64,000 nt of DNA from Mustelus asterias (taxonomy: Eukaryota): the NCBI RefSeq assembly GCF_964213995.1, contig NW_027590242.1, forward strand, positions 186,001 through 250,000, in the 5' to 3' direction. The notes beneath the pieces were generated by a model. It did no database searches. It saw only the letters and a program-made list of their open reading frames with translations, and was not told the DNA's origin. Position numbers and translations under genes: made by a program. Numbering within the stretch: position 1 is the stretch's first letter; the number at the start of each line of letters is the position of its first letter. Positions 12,201-25,346 of this stretch are shown piece after piece.

Positions 12201-13600
12201 GCAGCTACGCTTCCCACTGATTCCTTCACCTCTTGGTTCCCTGACTTTCCCTTCCCCCCCAATCTCTAGTTTAAAGTCCTATTGACCACCCCATTTACTC
12301 TCTTCGCCAGAACACTGATCCCAGCTCGGTCCAGGTGGAGACCATTCCAACGGTATAGGTCCCCCCTGCCCCAAAACTGATGCCAGTGTCCCATGAAAAA
12401 GAACCCTTCTTTCCCACACCACTCTTTCAGCCACGTGTTAACTTCCCTTATTCTTGCCTCCCTATGCCAATTTGCACGTGGCTCGGGCAGTAATCCGGAG
12501 ATTATGACCCTTGAGGACCTGTTTTTTAATTTGAATCCTAGCTCTTTATAATCTCTAAACAGGTCCTCTTTCCTAGACTTGCCTATGTTGTTGGTACCAA
12601 CATGGACCACAACAACTGGATCCTCCCCCTCCCTCTCCAGTATCCTTTCAAGCCGGTCAGAGATGTCCCGTACCCTAGCACCGGGCAGGCAACATACCAT
12701 GCGGGACACTCTATCCTGCTCACAAAGGATCCTATCTATCCCCCTGATAATAGAATCCCCTACAACTACAACTTGCCTATTTACTTCCTCCCCTTGAATG
12801 GCCTGCTGAACCATGGTGCCTTGGTCAGCTGACTCATCCTTCCTGCAGCCCTGTGACACAGCCTGAAAAATTGAGACCAGGCGCCTGTATTTGAGACGGA
12901 GGAGAAATCAGCCATGATCTGATTGAATGGCGGAGCAGGCTCGAAAGGCTGAATTTGGCTACATATTCCTTTGTTCAAATTCAAAAACATTGCAACATTC
13001 ACAGCGGGGAGAAACTATACACATGTTCTGTATATGGACGAGGTTTCAACTAATCATCTAATGTGGAGAAACATGATGGTATCGACACCACAGAGGAACT
13101 GTGGATATGTGGGGACTGTGGGAAAGCATTCACTTGCTCATCCAAACTGGAAACACATCGACACTCCCACACTGGGGAGAGGCCCTTCACCTGACCCGTG
13201 TGTTGGAAGGAATTTACTCAAACATCCTGCCTAACATTACACCAGCGAGTTCACCCTGGAGAGAGACTGTACACTTTCTGTGTGTGTGGGAAGGGATTTA
13301 TCCAGATACATAACCTCGAATTACACCAGAGAGTTCACACCAGGGAGAGGCCGTTCACTTGCTTCGTGTGTGGGAAGTGGTTCATTAATTCATCCAACCT
13401 CGTGAAACACCAGCGAGTTCACACTGAGGAGAGGACTTCATCTGCACTGACTGTGGAAAGAGCTTCAGACATTCATCCAGCCTCAAAGCACATCAGCGAC
13501 TTCACACTGGGGAGAGACCATGCACCTGCTCAGAGTGTGGGAAGGGATTCACCACCTCCTTCCACCTGGTCACACACCAACGAGTTCACGAGTGAGTGCA
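9080..13600 (+). pseudogene. C2H2 zinc-finger gene pseudogene, split by a CR1 (9316-12853) and a CR1 tail (12871-12980)
   Basis: Acceptor ttttgcag at about 9080. The finger ...gactgtggaaaaagcttta (9315) resumes at gacacagcctgaaaaa (12855) and cattcacagcggggagaaa (12995). There are tandem HTGERPFTC-type fingers over 13000-13590, with an in-frame TGA near 13190 and a frameshift near 13435. Confidence 0.85.
9316..12853 (-). mobile_element. Young CR1 LINE: ORF1 esterase part plus ORF2 (APE endonuclease and RT), one frameshift near 9950
   Basis: ORF 12266..12859 GDSIIRG...VHVGTNN...GLHL (SGNH esterase ORF1). ORF 9917..12130 LNARS, ITETW, GDFN, NYRPISL, DFQKAFD, GVPQGSVLGP, FADD. ORF 9132..10007 gives the C-terminus. 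Confidence 0.97.
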
Positions 13601-14796
13601 GGTAGTGGATTCTGCTGTAGGTGCTGCTGTTAATCACATCGAGGAGTGAGCCACATTCATTCTGACATTTGGGGTCTGTTTCTGCTGATGTTAACAACCC
13701 CTGTAACTGGGCTGGAGTTTAATATTCTGGATCTTCAGCTGATTGTGTTCTCGGGGTTGCAGTGTCCATTTATGAGCCGTTGTCTGTAATCTTTCCCCAT
13801 CATTCTGGAACTCTCATCACAGAATATTTCCAGTGCAGAACGAAGCCATTCAGGCCATCGAGTCTGCACGGGCTCTCTGGAAGAGCCTTACCCCAATAAC
13901 CTTGCATATTATTTTCAGATAAGAATCCAATTGTCTTTTGAGTACCTTGATCGAAGCCGCCTCCATCGCCGTCTCAGAAGTTTATTCCAGACTCCAACCA
14001 CATTCAACCTGAAAAGATTTTTGCTCATATCACTTCTACTCTGTTTTCCCCATTGATGTAAATCTATGCCGCCGAGCTCTTGATGTTCTCCTGGTGGGAA
14101 CATTTGCTCACTATTTCACCTGCCCATACCCCTCAGAATCTTGAATACCTCTATCAATCTCCTCTCAATCATCTTCATTCAACAAATAACGTTTATTTCT
14201 TACGATGTAATTAATCTATGTTACTGGGCGGGAGTTTAATATCTTGATGTCTGTTTAATGAATCAGCTTTGTTTCAAATACACGGTGTTTAAAGTCCGTG
14301 ATTCCTTCAGGAGAAGAGGAGATTAATTGATGTCCTGTTACCGACTGTTCTAATATTGGATCTTTTCTTCTTTCTAAATCAAATTATTTCAGTCTCAGAC
14401 AAGTCTCAGCTCCCCATACCTTCCAGAAGGTCTCTCCCAGCCTTAAGATCCAGGGAGGTTTCAGTGTTAAAAACAGAAAATGATGAAAATAATAATCCAT
14501 ACTTTTCCAAGTACCAGTTGATTGCATCCCAGGTTATTGGTTTCATTTTTCCCCACAGCTGATGTTAAGCTGATTGTTCTGCAATTGTTGTGTTTTTGAA
14601 CAGGGATGTAATATTTACAATCTCTCTGTCCTTTGGCGACACTGCTCTACAAGGAGGATTGGAAGGGTGTGGCCAGAGCCTCCACAAGCTCCATGTGAAG
14701 GACACTGTGTGACAGAGTGCAGCAGTCCCTCAATGTCAGACTGGAGTGTCAGCGAAGATAGTGTGCTTATTTTTACGAATATTTCTCGTTGTTCTT

Positions 14797-16370
14797 GAAC
14801 AAAGAAAATTATAGCACAGGAACGGGCCCTTCAGCCCTCTAAGCCTGCACTGACCACACTGCCCAACTGAACTAAAACCCCTAACCCTTCCGGGGACCAT
14901 ATCACTCTATTCCCATCCTATTCGTGTATTTGTCATTACACACCTGAAATGTCACTATCGTATCTGCTACTACTACCTTCCCCAGCAGCGAGTTCCAGGC
15001 ACCCACCACCCTTTCGTAAAAAAAAAACTTGCCTCGTACATCTCCTCTCAACTTTGCTCCCCACGCATTAAACCTGTGCCCCCTAATATTTGACTCTTCC
15101 ACCCTGGGAAAAAGCTTCTGACTATCCACTCTGTCCATGCCGCTCTTAATCTTGTGGACGACTATCAGGTCGCCCCTCAGCCTCCGTCGTTCCTTTGAGA
15201 ACAAACAAAGTTTCCCCAACCTCTCCTCATAGCTCATGCCCTACGTACCAGGCAACATCCTGGTAAATCTTTTCTGTACCCTCTCCAAAGCCTCCACATC
15301 CTTCTGGTCGTGCGGCGACCAGAATTGAATACTGTATTCCAAGTGCAGCCGGACAAAGTTGCTATAAAATTGCAACATGACTTGCCAATTTTTAAACTCA
15401 ATGCCCCGGCCAATGAAGGCAAGCATACCGTATTCCTTTCATGGCTACCTTCTCCACCTGCGTTGCCACTTTCAGTGACTTGTGTACCTGTACACCCAGA
15501 TCCCTCTGCCTATCAATAGCTTAAGGGTTCTGCAATTTACTGTATATTTCCCCATCTGTATTAGACCTTCCAAAATGCATTACCTCATTCTTGTCCGGAA
15601 TAAACTCCATCTACCATCTCTCCACCCAAGTCTCCAACCGATCTATATCCTGCGGTATCCTCTGACGGTCCTCATCACTCCACTTTTAAACCCGCCAATA
15701 CCTCCAATAACTCGTCACTCCCTATGGTAATATTCTCGAGAGCCTCACAGTCCCTCTCCACGTGTTCTATAGCTACCTCCTCCTCATGGGTGAAGACAGA
15801 TGTGAAATATTCATGTACACCCTACCAATTTTTTTTTTTTTTTTAACTGGTCGGTGCAACATCGTGGGCCGAAGGGCCTGTTCTGCGCTGTAATGTTCTA
15901 TGTTCTATGTTCTATGTTCAATGTCCTCTGCCTCTACCCACAGATTTCCCCGTTGTTCCATAATGGGGCCCATTCTTTCCCTGGTTCTCCTCTTCCCATT
16001 GATATACTTTTAGAACATCTTAGGATTCTCCTGACATTTAACACCAGAGCTTTCTCATATCCCCTCTTTGCTCTCCTAATTGATTTCGTAAGTTCCACCC
16101 TGCACTTTTGTGCTCCATTAATGCCTCCACAGACTTACTCTCCTTCTGCTTGTTAAAAACCTCTCTTTTCCTTCTCACTGTACCCTGAATTTCTCTGATC
16201 ATCCATGGTTCCCTGGGTTTGTTATAGCTTCCTATTACCCTCGAGGGAACATGTTGGGTCTGTGACCTCCCCATTTCTTCTCTGAATACCCCCCACTGCT
16301 CTTCGGTAGATTTCCCCACAAATAACTCGTTCCAGTCTTCCTTGGCCATATCCTTCCTAATTTTGTGAAA
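14797..16370 (-). mobile_element. CR1 LINE fragments
   Basis: ORFs 14902..15237, 15241..15426 and 16038..16373 are CR1 ORF2 pieces. Confidence 0.85.
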
Positions 16371-17199
16371 CATTTATTGACTAAATGGCTAAATTCCATT
16401 TTGTCTTTTCATATTAACGCTACTCTGTCCCACACAGTATTTGGCAGCAATCCAGCTTGCTACCAAAAGCCTAAAGTTATATACAGGAAGCATCTGTTGG
16501 TGTTAGTTCAGTAAATCAAAGGGCTGTTTCCTCAGTACTGACCGCTTGGCTGCAAGCCAAATTCAAGCACGCAACATTGTTAATGAGGCCTATTTATAAA
16601 CAAAACTGCCCAGCAACAGTACTGGAAGAAATTTATATTTTAAAGTTGTAAACCTATGTGGAATATTGCCATCTCTCAGGAAATTAAAATTATCGAGCTT
16701 CCCTGTTTGCAAAAATGATGATTTTTCCAGCACATCAGGATATTGTAATGGATGGATAGAAAAAAATATAGACAGACTGTGAGAGATGATTCAGAGAGAG
16801 GATATATGTTGTAATACATAAACATGTAAGTTTGTGTTTACTTTCCCTTTTCCTTCCAGGGAGATGGAAATTGGTGGAAAGTCCAGCATTTTTTGCCTGT
16901 CCTCAGTTCCTTTGGACTGAGTGGTTCAGAGAAGACATTGAAGGGTCAGCCATACTGCCGACCGCCTGGAATCACATCCAGGTGAAACCACGTAAGGATT
17001 GCAGATTTCCTTCAGTGGGGAATCAGGGAAGTTTCCTTGGTCGTCTTTACTTTGCATTCCAGATTTATTAATAGAATTGAAATTCCACCAGTTACAATGG
17101 TTGGATTTAAACTCATCCTGGGCCTTTGCCTCTGCAGGATCTGCCTCTCCAGACCTGCTAAATCCAGTCGTGAATAGTGATGGTCAATTGAACAAATAA

Positions 17200-18810
17200 C
17201 AATTGAACAATAGCAGGAGCTTCAAGAAAAGTAACCACCCTGAATGACGGTGATCCGGCACATCAGAGAAAAAACAAGACTGAACCATTTGCTACAACCT
17301 TTAGCCACAAGTGCCAAGAGGAAGATCCATTTCGGCTTCCTCAAGGTGACTCCCAGCATCGCAAGGCCAGTCTTCCGGCAATTTAATTCACATCACATGA
17401 TCATGCTGAGTGCATTGGATAGTGAAAAGCAAATTGGGCCTGACAATATTTCAGCACTAGTAATTAAGACTTCTTCTCTGGAACTAGCTGTGTCCCAGCC
17501 AATATGTTCAAGTGCAGTTGCAATACTGACAGTTGCTCAACTATGTGAAAAATTGGCAGACATGCCCTGGTGCAAAAACAAGGGCAAATACAACCCGGCC
17601 AATTACTGCCCAATCAGTCCTCACTCGATCACCACATTGAAAACTTTCAAGGATGATCCTATCAAATGGCTTTGACTCAGCAATAGCCTGCTCAAAGATT
17701 TGGGTCCCGCCAGGAGCACTCAGTTCTAGAATGATTTACAACCAGTCCAAATATAAATAGAATATTTAAATTAAAGAGCTTTAAATTAAAGGCAATTGAC
17801 CGTGTGTGGTATTAAGGAGCCCGAGCAAAATGGGAAACGGGGAAAACAGTTCACTGACTGGAGTAATACTGAGCACAAAGGATGATAGTTTAAGCTGTTG
17901 AATGCCAATCATCTGAGTCACAGGGCAGTGCTGCAGGAGTTCCTCACGATAATAACCTCGCTCCAAGCCTCAGCCTTCGGCAGAGTTCAGAAGTGGGATG
18001 TGCACTGATAATTGCACAAAGTTCAGCACAGTTGCGGGATTCCCCAGATACTGAAACAGTCTGTGTCTATTTGCAGTAAGACTTAGAAAAGGTTCAGTCT
18101 TGGGCTAATGAGCGGCAAGTAACATTGAACTGCTCCAATAAGCGAAATTCCAACCATCTTATCTTGACATTGAATGGTATTACACATTGCTAAATTCCTC
18201 ACCACCAACATCCTGGTAATTATAATTAAAAATGCACTGAACTGAGACTGACACTTCAATAATTTTGCTACATCAACAGATCAGAGGATAGGAGTTCTGC
18301 GGTGAACAACTCACCTACTAAATTTCCAAACCCTATCCATCATCCACAAGGCAAAAGTCTCAACTTGTCAAACTTTTGCCACTCATAACGCTCCACACCA
18401 TCTGGGAAAAAGTATCTGTCTCGATGAACACCCCACCCACTACTTTAAACTTCACTTCCTGCATCACAGATGCACAATTGTAGCATTGTGAACCATGAGC
18501 AAATGTACAGCAGCAAATCATTCCTCAACTACCAAACCCATTACTTCTGACACTTAAAAGGACAAGGGTAGCAGATGCGTGAGAATACAATTACCTGCAA
18601 GTGCCGATAAGATCCACGCACCATCTTGACTGGGAACTATATCTCTAACCTTTCACTGTCATTGGATCAAAAGTTTGAAACTCCCTCCAATTAGCACTGT
18701 GGGTTTCCTTACTCAATATCGAATTCAATGGTTCAAGAACAAGGCTCACCACCACATTCTCAAAGGAATATAAGGTTTCACTGATTTTACCAGTAACACC
18801 AAAATCCCAT
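17200..18810 (+). mobile_element. Old APE-RT LINE (CR1/L2-group) fragment
   Basis: GPDNISALVIKTSSLELA...NPANYCPIS. The same family occurs at 30600-33360 and 51995-53540. Confidence 0.75.
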
Positions 18811-19679
18811 TAAATAATCTAAAACATTTTTGTCTTCTTATATTCATTGAGCCCCTGCTTCTGTCTGTATTATACTAGGCCGTGCCTCGATCACGTTACA
18901 GCAGGACGTAGCTCAGCTTTCTCTGCATTCAGCTCGATATATCAGCTATTCATATACAATGCCAAGGCCCTATTTACATGATACTTTCTTAGTTATGACT
19001 GCATGGAACACAGTCTCGGTTAATTTGGCAAGAGGCTGTGTCTCAATTCTTACTACATCAGAACGGTTATCTGTATATCCGGAACTGGGATCACACCCTT
19101 CTTGCATTACACACTGTTCGGTCACAGTTCTTACTCTAATAGCTCACTAAATTCTAATAAACTGGATTCTCTTTTCATTAATGCTACATCAGTCCATATA
19201 TTTTTTATTGAACACCATGCTCTGTCTACAATGTTATTGTATTATGTGACTCCTCTAATTGCTGCATTGTCCATATCTCAGTGTGTACCATTCTAGATAC
19301 CATATTAATAATTACTATTAATGCACTCTCTTTGTCTCAGTTTATTTCAGTCTATGTCCTGTATCAATAATTGATGCTGGGACATTAGGCTCCATCTCAG
19401 TTAATATCACACAAACCTCTGTATCCAGTTAAACTGCACGAGCCACCGTCTCGATTTTTCTTGTCAGAGACGAAGTCATTCACATTTCTCAATGTTTGTG
19501 TCATGGGATGTGGATGCCACTGGAAAGACAAGTGTTTAGCCTTTAACTAGCCCACAAGGCACTTGGCACTACCTCATTTCTATTTTACTGGATTAGGCCT
19601 CTGTTTAGATTAAAATTGACCCTGTCAGTGTTAAACTAATAGCTCATTAAATTCTAATGAAATCGATCCTGACCAAAAC

Positions 19680-20530
19680 ATAGTTTAGAACATAGAACAT
19701 TACAGCGCAGTACAGACCCTTCGGCCCTCGATGTTGCGCAGACCTGTTAAACAAATCTAAAGCCCATCTGACCAACACTATTCCAATATCATCCATATGT
19801 TCATCCAACGACCATTTAAATGCCCTTAATTTTGGTGAGTCCACTACTGTTGCAGGCAGGGCATTCCACGCCCTTACTATTCTCTGAGTAAAGAACCTAC
19901 CTCTGATATCTTTCCTATTTCTATCTCCAAGTGTGGATCACCCCTCAATTGAAAGCTCTGTCCCCTCGTGCGAGCCATCACCATCCGAGGGAAAAGGTTC
20001 TCACTGTCCAACCTATCTAATCCTCTGATCATCTTGTGTGCCTCTACTAAGTCACCTCTTAACCTTCTTCCCTCTAACGAAAACAGCCTCAAGTACTTCA
20101 GCCTTTCCTCATAAGACCTTTCCACCATACCAGACAACATCCTGGTAAATCTCCTCTGCACCCTTTCCAATGCTTACACATCCTTCCTATAATGTGGCGA
20201 CGAGAACTGTACACAATACTCCAAGTGCGGCCGCACCAGAGTTTCGTACAGCTGCAACATGACCTCATGGCTCCGAAACTCAATCCCTCCACCAATAAAA
20301 GCTAACACACCGTACGCCTTCTTAACAACCCTATCAACCTGGATGCCAACTTTCAGGGATCTATGCACATGGACACCGAGATCTCTCTGCTCATCCACTT
20401 TACCAAGTATCTTACCATTAGCCCAGTACTCTGTGTTCCTGTTACTCCTTCCAAAGTGAATCACCTCACACTTTTCCGCATTGAACTCCATTTGCCACCT
20501 CTCAGCCCAGCTCTACAGCTTATCTATGTC
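19680..20530 (-). mobile_element. CR1 LINE 3' fragment
   Basis: ORFs 20174..20491 and 19877..20170 (LVRPHLEYCVQF, RRFTRML), with a 3' tail. Confidence 0.9.
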
Positions 20531-21344
20531 CCAATGTATGTCCTATGCCCCAACCTATGTCCTAAGTTTATATTACACCAGACACGATCCCTGTGTATAT
20601 AATATTTAATCCGAATTTTGTCTGTATTTCATTCGATCAGGACATTGCTATTACTACACTAGACTATGCCTCTGTTTGAATTATGGCTGCATTATTCCAC
20701 GGTTTTGGGCAGAGAAGAGATAAATGATACATTATTATGTTGCGATAAAAAATTATCGTATGCAACAAGATGCTGAAGCGGACAGTATGGATCAACAGTG
20801 CATGCCAAGCGGGGTATTGTAGTCACCAGAATAAGAATTTAGATTTCTTCTTCTGGTAGAATGCCCAAGGCAAATTTCTACTCCACAGAGTTGTATGTTG
20901 GATGATGCAGGCAATTGTGTTCCCCAGCCACTTTCCACATTATTGGGCATTATAACTGAGGACGTCTGCAATGTAATATAAATATGGACATGATCAATTG
21001 CAGAAGTGAGGCCCAATCTAGTTTGATACAAATAGAGACAGGTCAAGATAATATAGATGATTCGGGGTCTAGTTTAGTATAAGTAGGGACATGGGGACGT
21101 GTAATAGAAACGGACACGGTTTCTTGTTTTATACGAACAAGAAAATATATTCTATTCAAGATAAATAGAGACAGGTTCTAGTGTAATATAAGAAGAAGCA
21201 GGGCCTAATTCAATATGAATTGACACAGTGGCAAATATAAATATTGAAATAACTTGCCACTTGGAGTACTGTGTAGAGTTCTGGTCGCCACATTATAGGA
21301 AGGATTTGTAAGCATTGGAAAGGGTGCAGAGGAGATATAGATTG

Positions 21345-22075
21345 ATAAATAAATTCCTTGTGCAATTTTGAGACAGGGCCTACTGTCCCATGAAATAGTC
21401 CCAGGGAAGAAGTAACATGGGACTAGGTATAGAACATAAGGCTCTCTCTTCATCGCCACATCAAACACTCTGAAGGGTGGTGCAGCACGGGTTAGATACG
21501 AAGAGAAATTCTCTGGAAACTGGCAAGCTTTCCCAGAACCGGTAGACTGTTTAGAAACACAGTGAAACTCCCTCTCCAAAGTCCGCTCAAACACAAAGAA
21601 GGCATTCAGATCAGGAGTTCTATGCTAGGAAATGTCTCTTCTGCGCTCTTCCTTCGAGGTTCTCGAGGTAGGTAGCCATTGGTTGTTCGGCACAGGGTAA
21701 AGAGCCATCTTTGCAGTTCCATCAAACGCACCCAGGCCTCGTACAACAGAGATTGAATTTCCCATTACAAAGTCATATCGAACATTCGCGGGGCAGCTAC
21801 AGTGCAGGTTAGATGCAGGGTAAATATTCCTATGCACTGTCGAATAAAAACCTCCAAGGGGAGGGATAACATGGTTTAGATCAAGGGAAAGTTCCTCCGG
21901 TACTGCCATATCAACTCCTTACCACTAAGAACAGCCCAGGTTAGGTAATGAGGAAAATCTCCACTATAATTCTATCAGATACTCCAAGGTCATTGAACGC
22001 TCAACGTATTTTTTTGAGTCAAACTTCCTCTAGGAATTCCAATCAATTGAATTAGATCATTTTACACGCCTATGG
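21345..22075 (-). other. Candidate endogenous viral element: articulavirus/amnoonvirus NP-like, C-terminal part (copy A)
   Basis: ORFs 21625..21909 and 21205..21594 share a frame, giving about 190 codons with one stop. It is homologous at protein level to 34368-34745. Motif order NDLIQL..DRI..FPHYL..PPLGGFY..GLGAFDG resembles TiLV segment-4 NP as I recall it. Confidence 0.5.
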
Positions 22076-22809
22076 CTCGGGCTGAAATAATATATTGGGC
22101 AGATGTTGACTTCATGTTGTGGAGTGAAGACAATGATCCATCATGGAGAGACAAGACTCAGAGAGATGAAACACAGGAAATCTTCACAAACACACTGGCC
22201 GTGTCATTTTATTCCGAGATTAGAGGGAACATTTCTTAATTTTGAACATAGATATCTAATGACGCAACACAATGTCGAAAAGCAGTCGCTGCTCGAATCC
22301 GTTGATTTATTTACATGTTTGCCTTTATTTCTGTGCTGTTGGCGGGGAAATATTTGTTGTATTTTTGTCAGTGAACAATCTTATTTGGGAATTCTACTTC
22401 TGTGCTTATTTACATAAATACATAACTGGCAGCAATGCAAATTGTTTATAGCAGCACAACCAAGTGACAACCAATCGCTTCTTTATTCAACACAATTGCA
22501 GTGTATTTTTTAGCATATCGGCAGTTGGTTCTTAATGAATAGAAATTTCTAGAACATTCATTAGATCAGATGCTATTTAATTTAAATAAAATATACATTC
22601 CAATTAAGAATTAGTTTTGAAAGCTCTGATGTCACAACAAATAAAGCGTCTGTGAACAGGCTGGTATTCCACAATGTATCAATCTGATTGACGATAATCT
22701 CGATAAACTGAGCAAGTTAAAGCATGTGTGCAGTATCACACTCACATCGAGAGAAGGATAGGAAACCCAGAATGTGTATCATTACAGAGGTACAGTTATA
22801 CTTTCTGCA

Positions 22810-23110
22810 TCACGGCGACAGGGAAGCGGGTTCGATTCCAGCCTTGGGTGACTGTGCATATTCTCCCCAAGTCCATGTGAGTTTAATCCGGGTGCTCCAG
22901 TTTTTGCCTACTGCCCAAAGATGTTCAGGTTAGTTGGATTGGCCATGCTAAATTGCCCCTAAGTATCCAAGGATGTGTAGGATGGGGGGAATAGCGGGTG
23001 TATATGTGGGAATAGAGTAGAGGGTGGGCTTGGTAGGATGCTATGATGGTGAGCCAGTGTAGACTCAATGGGACAAATGGCCTCCTTCTGCGCTGTAGGG
23101 ATTCTATGAT
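22810..23110 (+). mobile_element. HE1-type SINE
   Basis: gggttcgattcc...ggattggccatgctaaattgccc...ggcctccttctgcgctgtagggattctatg. Confidence 0.85.
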
Positions 23111-23984
23111 ACTATGATCAGGCAGAGAGGTAGCTGCAATTGCATTAATTCTTGTAACTTTCAACATATCGAAAGTTGCGTTTTATAATGTTAACATTTG
23201 GAAATAACTTGCATTTTTAAAACGCTTTACCTGACATTCTGTCGTTCCAAAGCATTTATAACTCACTGAGGTACCTCTACTGAATTTAGTCACTGTTGAA
23301 ATGTTAGAAATCCAGCAGGCAATTTGTGCACAGCAAGCTCCCATACACCGAAATATGATAAATCACCAGTGCATTTGCGATTTTAGTTGAGGAATGGACA
23401 TTTGTCCAGGATACTCGGAGGCCTGTCGTATTCATAAGAATTATATCAATGTGAATTTACATCCTTTCATCGACCTGGAATGTGAATCTCTCTCTCTCTG
23501 CTAATGCCCACTAACATGCTGAGCAACATTTCTTGTTGTTTTTGTAGATTTCCGTAATCTGCAGTACTTTGTCCTGTTTTAATTCATTCTCTGGATGTGA
23601 GCATTACTGACAAAATCAGTATTGATTGTCCATCCTAACAAGGCAGTCGTGAACTATTTTTTATTTGAAAACCTGTCCTCTGGTGGGCTTTATCATTGTT
23701 TGACTTTCTGGAGCAGCTTTGATACAAGTGGATGTCTTTTTCGGCTAAAAGTCATTTTCATCGCTGTGGAAATGGAATCAAATGTAGGACAGATGGGGTA
23801 AACTTGGGAATCCTTGATCTTCAGGCTCTTCATTTCCAAAGCCAAGGTTTTGTTTGAAGTGTCTTTGGGCGGATAAAATTAATTATGGGGAATTTCACAG
23901 TAGTTTCGTTGCAGTGTTACTGTAAGCCTGACTTGTGACTATTCAATAAATAAATATTAAAAACTTATTAATAAATTAATTCGG

Positions 23985-24335
23985 AATCCCTGGGGGATAT
24001 GTGTTGGAGGATGATCCAGGACTACCGTCCTGAAGAAGACACTCTAGACCCTTCCCAATAACCTGTCAGACTCAGGCCATCGAATTGCTGCCAACAGTGA
24101 ACCCGCCGATTATTTAAATCAGTCTCAGGGAGTTTCCGGGACACCCTGTCGCTGCCTTTGGCTGAGTCAACACGACTCCGTCTGGCAACTGGGATTATAT
24201 CAAAACCCCGAGGAATAATCCTGGTGAAATGATTACAGTCTCTGAAACATTGCAGACCAACACTGAGACAGTAACGTGAGATCCATTGTAATCTCTCTGC
24301 TGAACCTAAATGCGAAATTGCATTTGAGCATCTGT
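23985..24335 (-). other. Candidate endogenous viral element: NP-like N-terminal part (copy A)
   Basis: About 100 open codons (AERLQWISRYCL...DRVSRKLPETDLNNRRVHCWQQF...GSRVSSSG). SRKxPE and GS..SG resemble TiLV NP as recalled, and there is a paralog near 37560-37770. Confidence 0.45.
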
Positions 24336-25288
24336 TAGTTAAAAAAAAACATTCGAATTTAAGTCTCTTTATTTCTGAAGCATTTGACAAATGAATTGAC
24401 ATAAACAAGATTAAATTATTTTATCAGGGAAAATACATCAGTTGAAACAGTTGGAAGCTTTTTCCCAGGGCAGAAATGACAATTAACAAGGGGGCACAAG
24501 TTCAAGCTAAGGGGGGAAAGGTTCAGTGGAGCTGTGCGGGGGAAGTTTTCTTTCGCAGATAGTGGTGGGGGCCTGGAATGAACTGCTAAGTGATGTGGTT
24601 GAGGCAGACACTTTAGCAATATTGAATACTTATCTGGATTAGACATATGAACACACGGGGAATAGAGGGATACAGGCGGCTGGTCGAGATAGGACAACGC
24701 GATCAGCGCAGGGTTGGAGGGCCGAAAGGCCTGTTCTATTGCTGCACTGTTCTTTGTTCTTTGATTTGCAACAATTCCGTGTCTCTAACACATTACACAA
24801 ACAAAACATAATTTATCAGATAAATTATTATAGATTCATGTGACTAGATGTGCGGATGAAAGTAAGTGATGCTATTTGCAGTGCCGATGACTATCGCTGC
24901 AATTTGGGATTGGATATAAGAAGAAACTCCTTTTATTATATAATTTTTCTCCTTATATTTCTCGAACAGCCACTTCACCCTGTGGAAATTAGCGGTGAAA
25001 TAAAGCCAGTTGACTTACAATTATATAGTGAGTTGACAGGGAAACATAAAATTGAAATCGACTTTTGACAGAGACGTTAATGAATCGGAACGGGCACAGC
25101 GATCCGTAAAGTTCTCCTTCAGCATCCAAATCATTGCAGCTCATTTTATTGGCCACTGGCTGTCTAACATTCACTGTATTCGGAACAAAAGATATCAGTG
25201 CTTTGTGGCATATTGCCCAATATCACGCGAATAAGTGTTTTGTCTTCCATTGAATCACGTTCTGAACTTGTCATTTCTCCACTCATTG

Positions 25289-25346
25289 GCAGCTATGAGA
25301 GCGACGAGAGCAGCTATGAGAGCGACGAGAGCAGCTATGAGAGCGA
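25289..25346 (+). repeat. 21-bp tandem repeat, 2.8 copies
   Basis: GCAGCTATGAGAGCGACGAGA repeated perfectly. Confidence 0.95.

Larger units (their letters stand above)
16373..24400. repeat. Segmental duplication unit A (paralogous to about 25880-37940)
   Basis: Collinear matches: 16373-17130 with 25880-26660, 17200-18810 with 30600-33360, 18860-19300 with 33400-34140, 22105-23800 with 34749-36550. Confidence 0.8.

Noticed and set aside
16400-16470. AAKYCVG plus heptamer-like sequence on minus as a V end
   Set aside because: The spacer length is wrong and there is no V framework. It is part of the duplicated host block.
20869-20885. GCAAATTTCTACTC resembling an amnoonvirus segment terminus
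   Set aside because: It is too short, sits internal to the insert, and has no partner terminus.
21558-21596. CACAGTG with nonamer-like TCAAACACA 22 nt away
   Set aside because: The nonamer is poor, there is no V exon upstream, and it lies inside the NP-like frame, so it is likely chance.
25289-25346. CRISPR-like array
   Set aside because: These are head-to-tail repeats with no spacers, in a eukaryotic context with no cas genes.
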